The notes beneath the pieces are model-generated. The model saw only the letters and a program-made list of their open reading frames with translations. It was not told where the DNA came from and did no database searches. Of a stretch of DNA of 32,000 nucleotides, positions 19,897 through 29,737 are shown one piece after another. The stretch spans positions 180,001 through 212,000 of the forward strand of contig CP003263.1 in assembly GCA_000331975.1 (NCBI GenBank), in the 5' to 3' direction. The stretch is from Candidatus Uzinura diaspidicola str. ASNER (GTDB taxonomy: Bacteria > Bacteroidota > Bacteroidia > Flavobacteriales > Blattabacteriaceae). A program made the position numbers and the translations under genes. How positions within the stretch are numbered: position 1 is the stretch's first letter; each line of letters begins with the position of its first letter.

Positions 19897-21384
19897 TTAA
19901 GCCTTAGTTTTACTTTGCGGAAATAGCAATATTTCTTGTATTGAAGTTGTTTTTGTTAGAAACATTACCAATCTATCTATACCAATCCCGATGCCTGCAT
20001 TTGGCGGCATTCCAAATTCCAAAGCACGTATAAAATCATAGTCAATAAACATTGCTTCATCATCTCCGTTCTCTGCTAATTGCAGTTGCTCTTTAAATCG
20101 TTTTAGTTGCTCTATTGGGTCGTTGAGCTCTGAGTATGAATTGGCAATTTCATTGCCGTTTATAAAAAATTCAAAACGTTCCGTTAGTCCCCTTTTTTTT
20201 CTATGTTTTTTCGTTAGTGGGCTCATTTCAATAGGATGATCTATGATAAATGTAGGTTGTATATATTTGTTTTCACACTTATCACTAAAAAGATTATCTA
20301 TAAGCTTGCCTTTTCCCATGGTTTTATCATCTTTTAGATGCAAATTTTTGCATACCTTTCTTAAAGAATCTTCATCCATTCCACTTATGTTAATTCCTGT
20401 ATAAGCTTCGATAGATTTATCAATAGGTATTCTAGGGAAGGTCTGCGTGAAAGATATTGTTTTATTTCCTATTTTAATTTCTGTATTATTGTATATTTTC
20501 ATACAAATTGTTTTTAACAATTTTTCCATAATATCCATCATCCAGTAATAATCTTTATAAGCTACATAAAGCTCAAGTATAGTAAACTCAGGATTATGAG
20601 TTCTGTCAATTCCTTCATTCCTAAAATCTCTTGCAAACTCATATATACCTTCAAACCCTCCTACTATAACCCTTTTTAAATAGAGTTCATTGGCTATACG
20701 TAAATATAGTGGAATGTTTAATGACTTATGAAAGGTTATAAATGGAAGAGCACTAGCTCCTCCTGAAATATTTTGTAGGATAGGAGTTTCTACTTCAAGA
20801 CAATGAAGTTTATTTAAAAACTCTCTAATAGTTTCTATAATTCTACTTCGCAAACAAAAAACAGTTTTTACTGATTCGTTCACAATAAGATCTACATACC
20901 GTAGACGGTGACGTAAATCTATATCTGAAAATACATCATAAATCTTACCTTGTCTATCACTTTTTACTTGGGGTAGTGGTCGTAGTGATTTACTCAAAAT
21001 CACAATATTTTTTACATGCATAGAAATTTCTCCTATTGAAGTTTTAAATATAAATCCTTTTACCCCTATAATATCTCCTATATCTAATAACTTTTTAACT
21101 ATGTTATAGTTAGAAATCTTTTCACTACGAACATAAAGTTGTATAAAGCTACTATGATCTTGTAGTACTGAAAAAGAGGCATTACCCATAATACGAATAC
21201 GCATAATACGGCCAGCAATATTAGCTATTGCATATTCTTTATAATTTTCAACAAGTTTTTTTACGCAGGAACTAATATGATATGAAGCTGCTGGATAACT
21301 TTCTATCCCTATTTCTTTTATTTTATTTAATTTAATTCTACGTATAATTTCTTGTTCAGACAAATTTTGTGGTCTGGATTGCAT
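19897..21384 (-). CDS. lysS: Lysyl-tRNA synthetase (class II)
   Basis: 495 aa with an OB-fold anticodon-binding N-terminus, class II motifs (FRNEGIDRTHNPEFTILE; GIGIGIDRLVMFLT) and ERFEFFINGNEIANSYSELNDP. Confidence 0.92.
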   Translation of the reverse strand: MQSRPQNLSEQEIIRRIKLNKIKEIGIESYPAASYHISSCVKKLVENYKEYAIANIAGRIMRIRIMGNASFSVLQDHSSFIQLYVRSEKISNYNIVKKLLDIGDIIGVKGFIFKTSIGEISMHVKNIVILSKSLRPLPQVKSDRQGKIYDVFSDIDLRHRLRYVDLIVNESVKTVFCLRSRIIETIREFLNKLHCLEVETPILQNISGGASALPFITFHKSLNIPLYLRIANELYLKRVIVGGFEGIYEFARDFRNEGIDRTHNPEFTILELYVAYKDYYWMMDIMEKLLKTICMKIYNNTEIKIGNKTISFTQTFPRIPIDKSIEAYTGINISGMDEDSLRKVCKNLHLKDDKTMGKGKLIDNLFSDKCENKYIQPTFIIDHPIEMSPLTKKHRKKRGLTERFEFFINGNEIANSYSELNDPIEQLKRFKEQLQLAENGDDEAMFIDYDFIRALEFGMPPNAGIGIGIDRLVMFLTKTTSIQEILLFPQSKTKA

Positions 21385-21441
21385 GATTTAAGTATTATAA
21401 ATAATTTTAACTACTTTTTTTTCTTATTTTTTCAGTTAATT

Positions 21442-21561
21442 TTACTTTAAATAGTTTTCCGTATATTTCTGCTGTTCCCATGATAATCCAATAAAAAGAA
21501 TAAAATACCAGAATCCTGATATTGCAATAGAAGTGAAAAAAACATATAGATAAAGTATCAT
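21442..21561 (-). CDS. Candidate 39-aa single-pass membrane peptide (hypothetical)
   Basis: Below the track's size cut-off. Its ATG (21561-21559) overlaps the pheT TGA as ATGA. The translation is MILYLYVFFTSIAISGFWYFILFIGLSWEQQKYTENYLK*, one hydrophobic helix followed by a polar tail. It fills most of the otherwise empty pheT-lysS spacer. No homology is recognised. Confidence 0.25.
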   Translation of the reverse strand: MILYLYVFFTSIAISGFWYFILFIGLSWEQQKYTENYLK

Positions 21562-23945
21562 TTTCGTAAATTTATCCCTAGACTTTTACTAAGCGTCTTT
21601 TGCAGATTTTCAATAGTCTTTACTATTTCCGCCTCTGTCAAGTTTTTATTTTTATCTTCTAGATAGAAACTTAATGCGTATGATTTTGTCTCTCTCTGCA
21701 AATTATTACTCTCATACACATCAAAAAGCTGAATATCTTTAATAATTTCTTCTCTTGTAGATTTAATTTTTTGATAAAGCTCTTCAAAAGAAATACGCTT
21801 ATCAAGTAATATAGCTAAATCTCTACGAGCTCCTGGTAATTGAGAGATTGGTTCAAATCGTATAGAATAATCTTGTATAATTTTAAAAACAATTGTACAG
21901 TATATTTCTGCATAAAAAACATCTTGTTTTATATCAAAATATTCTATTACTTTATTTTTTATGCGTCCCATTCTTAGAATAGTATCATCTTTATGATAGA
22001 GCCAAAGCGCATGTTCCAATAAAATGTCTTCCTTAATTTTCTGCTGAATATTTCTTATTCCATATTTGGTTAAAATGCCTTCTATAACACCTTTAAGATA
22101 GAAAAAAGAAAATATGCCAGTTGTATATAACCAATGATCTTTATGTTCTTTTCCACTAATCATTAATCCTAAATAATATTTTTCATTATATTTTTTTTCT
22201 ATTTTTTCATAGGTTTTCCCCCATTCAAAAAACTTTAATTTTAAATTCTTTCTCTTTATGTTATAAGAAATTCTTTCCAAAAGTCCGAATAATAAACTTT
22301 CTCGCAAAACTTCGATTTCTTTACTTAGTGGATTAAGTAATTTAATTGTGGATAATGCTGTGGGTTCTAAAAACTTAGAATACTCATATTTAGTTAGTGA
22401 AAGATTCACTACTTCATAAAACCCTTGCGCATTCAATAAGGTAGAAGTATTATTTTCAAAATATTGAAAAGTATTTTTTTTTTCTATATTTGTAGAATAA
22501 TAGAAAGTTTTAGGTATTTTAATATGGTTGTATCCATAAATACGTAAAATATCCTCTATTAAATCTATCTCTCTATAGACATCTACTCTATAAGAAGGGA
22601 CAGAAACATTAAGTGAGTGCTTATTTTCTATTAATATATCGATTTCTAATAAGAAAAGAATTTTTTTTATTGACTGTTTAGAGATCTCTTTACCAAGTAA
22701 AAAATGTATTTGTTTATATCGTAAAATGGTTTTAAAATGTGGTATGTGTCTAGGATAAATATCAGTAGTTGCATAAATTTCTCCTCCAGCAATTTCCTTA
22801 ATTAGGGCCGCGGCCCTTTTTAAAACATAAACTATTTGTTCAGGATCTACCCCTCTTTGAAATAGAAAGGAAGAATAGGTGTTTATATCGTGTTTTTTTA
22901 TACTTTTTCTTATATTTACAGGTTCAAAATAAGCACTCTCAACAAATATATCCTTTGTTGTTCCCTTAATCTTTGACTCAAAGATTCCAGCTAATCCAAT
23001 AGTTTTTTTTGCATCGCAGATAATTAAATCTTTGTTCTTTAGAATAAGTTTTGCGTTTCTATTATTTTCCTGTAGGGTTTTTATGTGAATTTCTTTTCCA
23101 TCGATATCTTCAACATCGAAGACATTTAAGGGGTGTCCAAATTCATGCATGACAAAATTAATAATATCGATAACATTATTATTAGGATGTAATCCAATTG
23201 ATCGTAAACGATGTTGTATCCAAATTGGAGAAGTAGCTATTTTAACACCTGAAATAATACATCCGCTATATCGTTTACATTTATCAGTTTCATTGATAGA
23301 AATCAGGAAATTCTTTAAATTTTTTGATTGGAAGTTTTCTACAGATGGTTTATGAAGTAAAGCTGCATATCTTCGTCTTTTTAAGATTGCATAGAGTTCC
23401 CTTGCTATTCCCCAGTGACTCATAGTATCTACTCTATTAGGAGTTATTTCTATCTCAATACAATAGTCTTTTCTAATTTTAAAAAAATCTTTGGCAGGTG
23501 TTCCAGGTAATTTCCCATTGTAAATATAAAGAATATTATTATCTTGCAATCCTATATTTTTATAGGAACATATAAATCCATATGAAAATATCCCATGAAT
23601 GTTTATTATTTCTAATTGTTTTTTTTTTCCAGTATTATCTAAAAATATATCTGCACCAATTGGTGCTATAATTACTTTTTTTCCTTTAGAAATATTTGTA
23701 TCTCCACAAATTATTTGTAATATATGATCTTTTCCAATATCTACCTGTAGAATATTAAAATTAACAGAGTAAGGATGTGCTTGAAAGTCAAGTATCTCTC
23801 CTAATACTACCCGCTCTATAATTAGATTATTTATTTCTTGACAGCTTTCTACTTCAAGTCCACTCTCTGTTAATATCTCACAAATGTCTTTATGTGATAT
23901 CTCTGAATCCAGATACTGAATTAGCCAGTCATAAGATATTTTCAT
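21558..23945 (-). CDS. pheT: Phenylalanyl-tRNA synthetase beta subunit
   Basis: 795 aa. MKISYDWLIQYL..., with tRNA-binding, B3/4, B5 and FDX-ACB-like regions collinear with PheT. Confidence 0.92.
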   Translation of the reverse strand: MKISYDWLIQYLDSEISHKDICEILTESGLEVESCQEINNLIIERVVLGEILDFQAHPYSVNFNILQVDIGKDHILQIICGDTNISKGKKVIIAPIGADIFLDNTGKKKQLEIINIHGIFSYGFICSYKNIGLQDNNILYIYNGKLPGTPAKDFFKIRKDYCIEIEITPNRVDTMSHWGIARELYAILKRRRYAALLHKPSVENFQSKNLKNFLISINETDKCKRYSGCIISGVKIATSPIWIQHRLRSIGLHPNNNVIDIINFVMHEFGHPLNVFDVEDIDGKEIHIKTLQENNRNAKLILKNKDLIICDAKKTIGLAGIFESKIKGTTKDIFVESAYFEPVNIRKSIKKHDINTYSSFLFQRGVDPEQIVYVLKRAAALIKEIAGGEIYATTDIYPRHIPHFKTILRYKQIHFLLGKEISKQSIKKILFLLEIDILIENKHSLNVSVPSYRVDVYREIDLIEDILRIYGYNHIKIPKTFYYSTNIEKKNTFQYFENNTSTLLNAQGFYEVVNLSLTKYEYSKFLEPTALSTIKLLNPLSKEIEVLRESLLFGLLERISYNIKRKNLKLKFFEWGKTYEKIEKKYNEKYYLGLMISGKEHKDHWLYTTGIFSFFYLKGVIEGILTKYGIRNIQQKIKEDILLEHALWLYHKDDTILRMGRIKNKVIEYFDIKQDVFYAEIYCTIVFKIIQDYSIRFEPISQLPGARRDLAILLDKRISFEELYQKIKSTREEIIKDIQLFDVYESNNLQRETKSYALSFYLEDKNKNLTEAEIVKTIENLQKTLSKSLGINLRK

Positions 23946-23989
23946 AATTACTTTTATGGTAAAGACTCATACATTCATATAGGCTCGAT

Positions 23990-24145
23990 CTAACGTTTGT
24001 ATCTAACCTGGCTAATAGATAGCTCCTTACGACCTTTAGAGCGTCTCCTAGCTAAAACTTTCCTACCTATTTTAGTTTTCATACGTTTCATAAATCCATG
24101 GACATTTCTCTTTTTTCTTACAGAAGGTTGATAAGTTCTTTTCAT
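23990..24145 (-). CDS. rpmH: 50S ribosomal protein L34
   Basis: Not in the ORF track (51 aa). The reverse complement from ATG 24145-24143 reads [51 protein letters not shown], the canonical L34 pattern MKRT-QPS...HGF-RM-T..GR.VL.RRR.KGRK. Confidence 0.9.
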   Translation of the reverse strand: MKRTYQPSVRKKRNVHGFMKRMKTKIGRKVLARRRSKGRKELSISQVRYKR

Positions 24146-24224
24146 TACCCAATAAAAGTAAGAAAAAATAGATGATATAAAATATTACATTTAAATAAAA
24201 AAAGAGTATGAAGCTCCTACAGCT

Positions 24225-24250
24225 ATTATATTTACCACTTTTGAAAGTGG
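24225..24250 (+). promoter_or_regulatory. Shared 19-bp upstream element (copy 1, sucD) with a palindromic extension
   Basis: ATTATATTTACCACTTTTG (24225-24243) is identical to 27193-27211. It contains TATATTTA, one mismatch from the Bacteroidota -7 box TAnnTTTG. CCACTTT-tg-AAAGTGG (24235-24250) is a 7-bp inverted repeat. The element ends 28 nt before the sucD ATG. Confidence 0.3.
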
Positions 24251-24271
24251 TATATAGGAAGAAAAAAAATT

Positions 24272-25144
24272 ATGGGTATTTTCTTAGATAAAAATTCAAG
24301 GGTCATCGTACAAGGATTTACGGGAAAAGAAGGGGTCTTTCACTCCAGACAAATGATAAGCTACGGCACAATTTTAGTTGGAGGAGTATCTCCTGGAAAA
24401 GAAGGCCAAAGTCATTTAAATAGACCGATTTTTAATAATGTGCATCAAGCTATTAAGGCTACAGGGGCTGACGTTAGTGTTATTTTTGTTCCTCCATATT
24501 TTGCTTCTGATGCTATTATAGAAGCCTCTAATGCAGGTATAAAAATAGTGGTTTGCATTACAGAAGGTATTCCTATAGCTGATATGATCAAAGTAAAGCA
24601 ATATATAAAAAATAGAAAAACCCGCCTTATCGGACCTAATTGTCCAGGGATCATTACAACAGAAGTTGCTAAGGTAGGTATTATGCCAGGTTTTGTTTTT
24701 AAACAAGGATGTGTAGGCATTGTATCAAAATCAGGGACACTTATGTATGAAGCTGCTTATCAAGTAGTGAAAGCAGGTTATGGTATTTCAACTGCAATTG
24801 GTATTGGAGGTGATCCTATCATTGGAACAACGACTAAAGAAGTCGTAGAGCTTTTTATGGAAGATGATCAGACAGATGCTATCGTAATGATAGGTGAAAT
24901 AGGAGGAGAACTTGAAGCAGAAGCTGCACATTGGGTCTATGCCAAAGGAAATAAAAAACCGGTGATTGGATTTATAGCAGGACAAACTGCCCCTATAGGA
25001 CGCACTATGGGACATGCAGGAGCAATAGTAGGAGGAAAAGAAGATTCAGCATTTGAAAAAATGAAAATTCTAGAAAGATGTGGTATTCATGTGGTGAATT
25101 CACCAGCAGAGATAGGCACGAATGTAGCAAAATTTTTATTATAA
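24272..25144 (+). CDS. sucD: Succinyl-CoA ligase (ADP-forming), alpha subunit
   Basis: 290 aa. VIVQGFTGKEG, SKSGTL, and the phosphohistidine loop GHAGAIV. Confidence 0.92.
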   Translation: MGIFLDKNSRVIVQGFTGKEGVFHSRQMISYGTILVGGVSPGKEGQSHLNRPIFNNVHQAIKATGADVSVIFVPPYFASDAIIEASNAGIKIVVCITEGIPIADMIKVKQYIKNRKTRLIGPNCPGIITTEVAKVGIMPGFVFKQGCVGIVSKSGTLMYEAAYQVVKAGYGISTAIGIGGDPIIGTTTKEVVELFMEDDQTDAIVMIGEIGGELEAEAAHWVYAKGNKKPVIGFIAGQTAPIGRTMGHAGAIVGGKEDSAFEKMKILERCGIHVVNSPAEIGTNVAKFLL

Positions 25145-25179
25145 AACTAACAGTAGAAATTAGTGATAATAGAATTATT

Positions 25180-25812
25180 ATGATCTCTTTAGTTGGAAAG
25201 AAAGCGCCTAATTTTAGGGCTAATGCTGTTATTTCTGGTGGAAATATTGTTAATGATTTTTCAATTGAAAAATTTAAAGATGAAAAGTATGTATTATTAT
25301 TTTTTTATCCAAAGGATTTTACTTTTATTTGTCCTACTGAACTTCATGCTTTTCAGGAAGAATTAACTGAATTTCAAAAGAGAAATGTCCAAGTTATTGC
25401 TGTATCTACAGATACAGAATATTCTCATTACGGTTGGCTCCAGTTATCTAAAAACAAAGGGGGAATAAAAGGAGTAACTTATCCAATTGTAGCAGATACA
25501 AATAAAACAATATCCCACAATTATGGGATATTGGCAGGGGAATGGTTTTATAATGATGAAGATTATTTAGAAAGTAGTGGAGAACTAATTGCCTATAGAG
25601 GATTATTTATTATAGATAAAAAAGGAATTGTGCGTCATCAACTAGTAAATGATTTTTTCTTAGGAAGAAGCATTAATGAAGCCATTCGCATAGTAGATGC
25701 TTTACAGTATTATGAAAATAATGGAGAGGTTTGTCCTGCTAATTGGCAAAAAGGAAAAAAAGGAATGAAAGCTTCTATTAAAGGAGTAGAGGATTATTTT
25801 TCTAATATTTAA
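25180..25812 (+). CDS. Typical 2-Cys peroxiredoxin (AhpC/Prx1 subfamily)
   Basis: Start taken at ATG 25180 (MISLVGKKAPNF...), giving 210 aa. Peroxidatic Cys in DFTFICPTE and resolving Cys in GEVCPANW. The 34-codon 5' extension in the track overlaps the sucD 3' end and is not Prx-like. Confidence 0.9.
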   Translation: MISLVGKKAPNFRANAVISGGNIVNDFSIEKFKDEKYVLLFFYPKDFTFICPTELHAFQEELTEFQKRNVQVIAVSTDTEYSHYGWLQLSKNKGGIKGVTYPIVADTNKTISHNYGILAGEWFYNDEDYLESSGELIAYRGLFIIDKKGIVRHQLVNDFFLGRSINEAIRIVDALQYYENNGEVCPANWQKGKKGMKASIKGVEDYFSNI

Positions 25813-25856
25813 ACGTCTCCCTATTTTTTATTATCAAACGTATTGCTTTTTACACT

Positions 25857-27143
25857 TTGGGATGTAAGTTAAACTTAGCAGAGACTTCTTCCCTATCAAA
25901 AACAATTAGAAATCAAGGGTATAAGGCAGTCTCTTTTCAAGAGACTGCTGATATTTATATTATTAATACATGTTCGGTAACTAAAAATGCAGAGAAAGAA
26001 TTTCGTAATGTAGTTAGTATTGCTTTGAAAAAAAATTCAAAAGCTTTTATTATTGCTATTGGATGTTACGCTCAAGTTCAATCTCAAGAAGTTGCATATA
26101 TAGAAGGAGTTGATTTAGTTTTAGGAGTATCAGAAAAATTTAAAATCACAGATTATTTACAATATCTTTCTAAGAAAGACGTAGGAGAAATTAATCCATG
26201 TGAAATTGAATCGGTAGATTTTCACGTGGATTCTTATTCTCTTGGAGATAGAACTAGGGCTTTTTTAAAAGTACAAGATGGTTGTGATTATCAATGTAGT
26301 TATTGTACAATTCCTCTAGCAAGAGGAAGATCTCGTTCTGATAGTATGCAGAATGTATTAAAAAATGCAAAAGAAATTGCTAAAAGCGGTGTTAAGGAAA
26401 TTGTTTTAACTGGTATTAATATAGGAGATTACGGAAAAGTAGCTATTGAAAATAAAAAACCTACTCATACATTTTTTGAACTTCTGGAAGCTTTAGATAG
26501 AGTGGAACAAATAAAACGTTTACGTATTTCTTCTATAGAACCTAACTTATTAAATAATGATATTTTGCTATTAATAGCAAAAAGCAAAAAATTTGTTCCT
26601 CATTTTCATATACCATTACAATCAGGTAGTAACGAAATTCTTAGTAAGATGCGTCGTAGATACTTTAGAGATCTTTATAAAAATAAGGTAGAGAATATTA
26701 AATCTTTAATGCCACAAGCTTCTATAGGAACTGATGTTATAGTTGGGTTTCCAGGAGAAAGTAACGAACACTTTTTGAAAACTTTTCATTTCTTGAATGA
26801 AATTCAAGTATCTTATTTGCATGTTTTTACTTTTTCAGAAAGAGAGAATACGGAAGCTTTTCGAATGTATGGTGTTATTCCTAAATATATACGACATAAG
26901 CGTAATAACGCTTTACGTAACTTATCTGAAATAAAACGTCAGAAATTTTATGATAGTCAAATAGGAACGGAACGTACGGTTCTTTTCGAATCTGAAAATA
27001 GAGAAGGATTTTTATATGGTTTTACAGATAATTATATAAGAGTAAAAATTCCTTATAATGAAGCTATTCCTAATAGCTTACAAAATGTGAAACTTAAAAC
27101 TATAGACAAAAATGGGATAATGCTTATTGAAAAAATATTATAA
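25857..27143 (+). CDS. mtaB: MtaB-like radical-SAM methylthiotransferase (tRNA ms2t6A synthase type)
   Basis: 428-aa ORF from TTG 25857 with N-terminal LGCKLN, radical-SAM CDYQCSYCTIP and HIPLQSGS. It lacks the MiaB-type start and resembles the MtaB subfamily. The conserved N-terminus continues upstream of the TTG (see findings), so the real 5' end may be about 25830. Confidence 0.85.
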   Translation: MGCKLNLAETSSLSKTIRNQGYKAVSFQETADIYIINTCSVTKNAEKEFRNVVSIALKKNSKAFIIAIGCYAQVQSQEVAYIEGVDLVLGVSEKFKITDYLQYLSKKDVGEINPCEIESVDFHVDSYSLGDRTRAFLKVQDGCDYQCSYCTIPLARGRSRSDSMQNVLKNAKEIAKSGVKEIVLTGINIGDYGKVAIENKKPTHTFFELLEALDRVEQIKRLRISSIEPNLLNNDILLLIAKSKKFVPHFHIPLQSGSNEILSKMRRRYFRDLYKNKVENIKSLMPQASIGTDVIVGFPGESNEHFLKTFHFLNEIQVSYLHVFTFSERENTEAFRMYGVIPKYIRHKRNNALRNLSEIKRQKFYDSQIGTERTVLFESENREGFLYGFTDNYIRVKIPYNEAIPNSLQNVKLKTIDKNGIMLIEKIL

Positions 27144-27192
27144 TGATGAAGTTTAAAAACTTTGGATTTCAATTCTATATGAAATTTACTAA

Positions 27193-28242
<1,050 letters not shown>

Positions 28243-28249
28243 AGTAAAT

Positions 28250-28684
28250 CTAATTTTCATCATAACTAGGAAGTCTCTTTAGAAAAAAAATAGTATTTGT
28301 ATTATCTTCTATTCTACAATAATAATGATAAATGCCATTACTTACCATTAAATAACGGCAATGCAAGTGGAGGTTATAGAAGATTACTTTATCTAAAATT
28401 TTTTTAGTTAGCGAAACCGTGGGTGCTTTACATTCTACAAGAATCCACGGTTTGGATTTGCAATATACTATTATATCAGCACGTCTTTTTACTGGGTAGC
28501 TTACTATCATTTTTTCTATGGATAATGCGTAATATTTTTTTTCTTTTATTAGATACTCTAATATATGTTGCCTAACCCATTCTTCTGGAGTAAGAAAGAT
28601 AAATTTCTTGCGTACATTACAAAATATGTAAGCCTTATCATTTATAATCTGATAAATAAATTTATTTTTTTTAAAAGATAACAT
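28250..28684 (-). CDS. Stand-alone HsdR_N-type (type I restriction enzyme R N-terminal-like) PD-(D/E)xK fold protein, function unknown
   Basis: 144 aa. LTPEEWVRQHILEYLIKEKKY..., RADIIVY...ILVECKAP (D70, E84-x-K86) and YLMVSNGIYHYYC. From memory this matches the small HsdR N-terminal domain-containing proteins conserved in Flavobacteriia. No hsdM, hsdS or helicase is nearby. Confidence 0.7.
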   Translation of the reverse strand: MLSFKKNKFIYQIINDKAYIFCNVRKKFIFLTPEEWVRQHILEYLIKEKKYYALSIEKMIVSYPVKRRADIIVYCKSKPWILVECKAPTVSLTKKILDKVIFYNLHLHCRYLMVSNGIYHYYCRIEDNTNTIFFLKRLPSYDEN

Positions 28685-28783
28685 CTATCTAAGATATGTT
28701 ATCTATTATGGCACAACTTTTAGTAAACATCCCTGAATCACCAATACGATCTTATTATAAATTTTAGTAGGTTTACATTATTT

Positions 28784-29737
28784 ATGTCAAAGATTATAAT
28801 TTATAATTGTGTAATTATAGGCTCTGGTCCTGGAGGTTATGCCGCTGCTATTTATGCGGGTCGCGCAGATCTTAAACCTATTTTATATACTGGAGATTAT
28901 TCTGGTGGTCAACTTACTACTTCAACAGAAGTTGAAAATTACCCTGGATATACTAAAGGAATAACAGGATTTCAACTAATGGTTAATTTTAAAAAACAAG
29001 CAGAACGATTCAACACAATCATTAAAGAACAGCGCATTATAAAAGTTGATCTATTGAAAGAAATAGGTTCAATACACTCGTTATTGACTGAAACTGGTGA
29101 GAAAGTAAATACTAAGGGAATAATTATAGCTACAGGATCTACTGCAAAATATCTTGGTTTAGAAAGCGAAAAAAGGTTCAGAGGAAGCGGAGTTTCTACT
29201 TGTGCAACTTGTGATGGTTTTTTTTATAGAGGTAAAGTAGTAGCAGTAGTTGGAGGAGGTGATACAGCTATTGAAGAGTCTATTTATCTATCTAAAATAT
29301 GTAAAAAAGTTCATCTTATTGTTAGAAGAGGGACATTGCGTGCTTCAAAAATAATTGCACATCGTGCAAATAAGATTCTAAATTTAGAAATTCATTTTTT
29401 TCATGAAGTAAAAGAAGTCTTAGGAAAAAAAGACGTGGAAGGAATTCTTATACTAAATAAAGAAACCTCTAAAGAAAGAATTCTATCTATAGAAGGCCTT
29501 TTTATAGCTATTGGTCATAAACCAAACACGTCAATCTTTAAGAATCAAATTCAACTTGATGAAAATGGTTATATCCTTACGATAAATAGGGGGACCCATA
29601 CAAATTACCCTGGCGTATTTGTTGCTGGAGATGTTAAAGATTATACTTATCGTCAAGCAATAACAGCTGCAGCTAGTGGTTGTATGGCAGCGTTAGATTT
29701 AGACAAATATATTTCTACGCTAAATTTTAATGGTTAG
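28784..29737 (+). CDS. trxB: Thioredoxin-disulfide reductase
   Basis: 317 aa. GSGPGGYAAAIYAGRA, redox centre CATCDGFFY, second fold VVGGGDTAIEE, and GVFVAGDV. Confidence 0.92.
   Translation: MSKIIIYNCVIIGSGPGGYAAAIYAGRADLKPILYTGDYSGGQLTTSTEVENYPGYTKGITGFQLMVNFKKQAERFNTIIKEQRIIKVDLLKEIGSIHSLLTETGEKVNTKGIIIATGSTAKYLGLESEKRFRGSGVSTCATCDGFFYRGKVVAVVGGGDTAIEESIYLSKICKKVHLIVRRGTLRASKIIAHRANKILNLEIHFFHEVKEVLGKKDVEGILILNKETSKERILSIEGLFIAIGHKPNTSIFKNQIQLDENGYILTINRGTHTNYPGVFVAGDVKDYTYRQAITAAASGCMAALDLDKYISTLNFNG

Noticed and set aside
22804-22817. 14-bp perfect GC-rich palindrome AGGGCCGCGGCCCT in pheT, and ACCGGC-tcg-GCCGGT at 3319-3333 in pdhB
   Set aside because: Both are explained by conserved Ala/Gly/Pro codons (KRAAAL and PTGSAGQ). 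They are eye-catching in AT-rich DNA, but there is no second copy or flanking structure to suggest a function.
24146-24271. Possible replication origin in the divergent rpmH / sucD spacer (rpmH often neighbours oriC/dnaA)
   Set aside because: The spacer is only 126 bp. It has no dnaA or rnpA neighbours and no match to the DnaA box TTATCCACA; the closest sequence, TTTACCACT, has three mismatches.
25078-25179. 34-codon 5' extension of the peroxiredoxin ORF overlapping the sucD 3' end
   Set aside because: The extension has no Prx similarity. ATG 25180 gives the canonical MISLVGKKAPNF start and a typical 210-aa protein.
28709-28724. TGGCAC-N5-TTAGT upstream of trxB as a sigma-54 promoter
   Set aside because: The -24 half is perfect, but the near-invariant -12 GC is replaced (TTAG instead of TTGC). 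TGGCAC also occurs three times within coding DNA in this window (in rpmF at 2088 and twice in mutS near 13690 and 13806), so a chance occurrence is plausible. I kept it only as a pointer under the activator finding.
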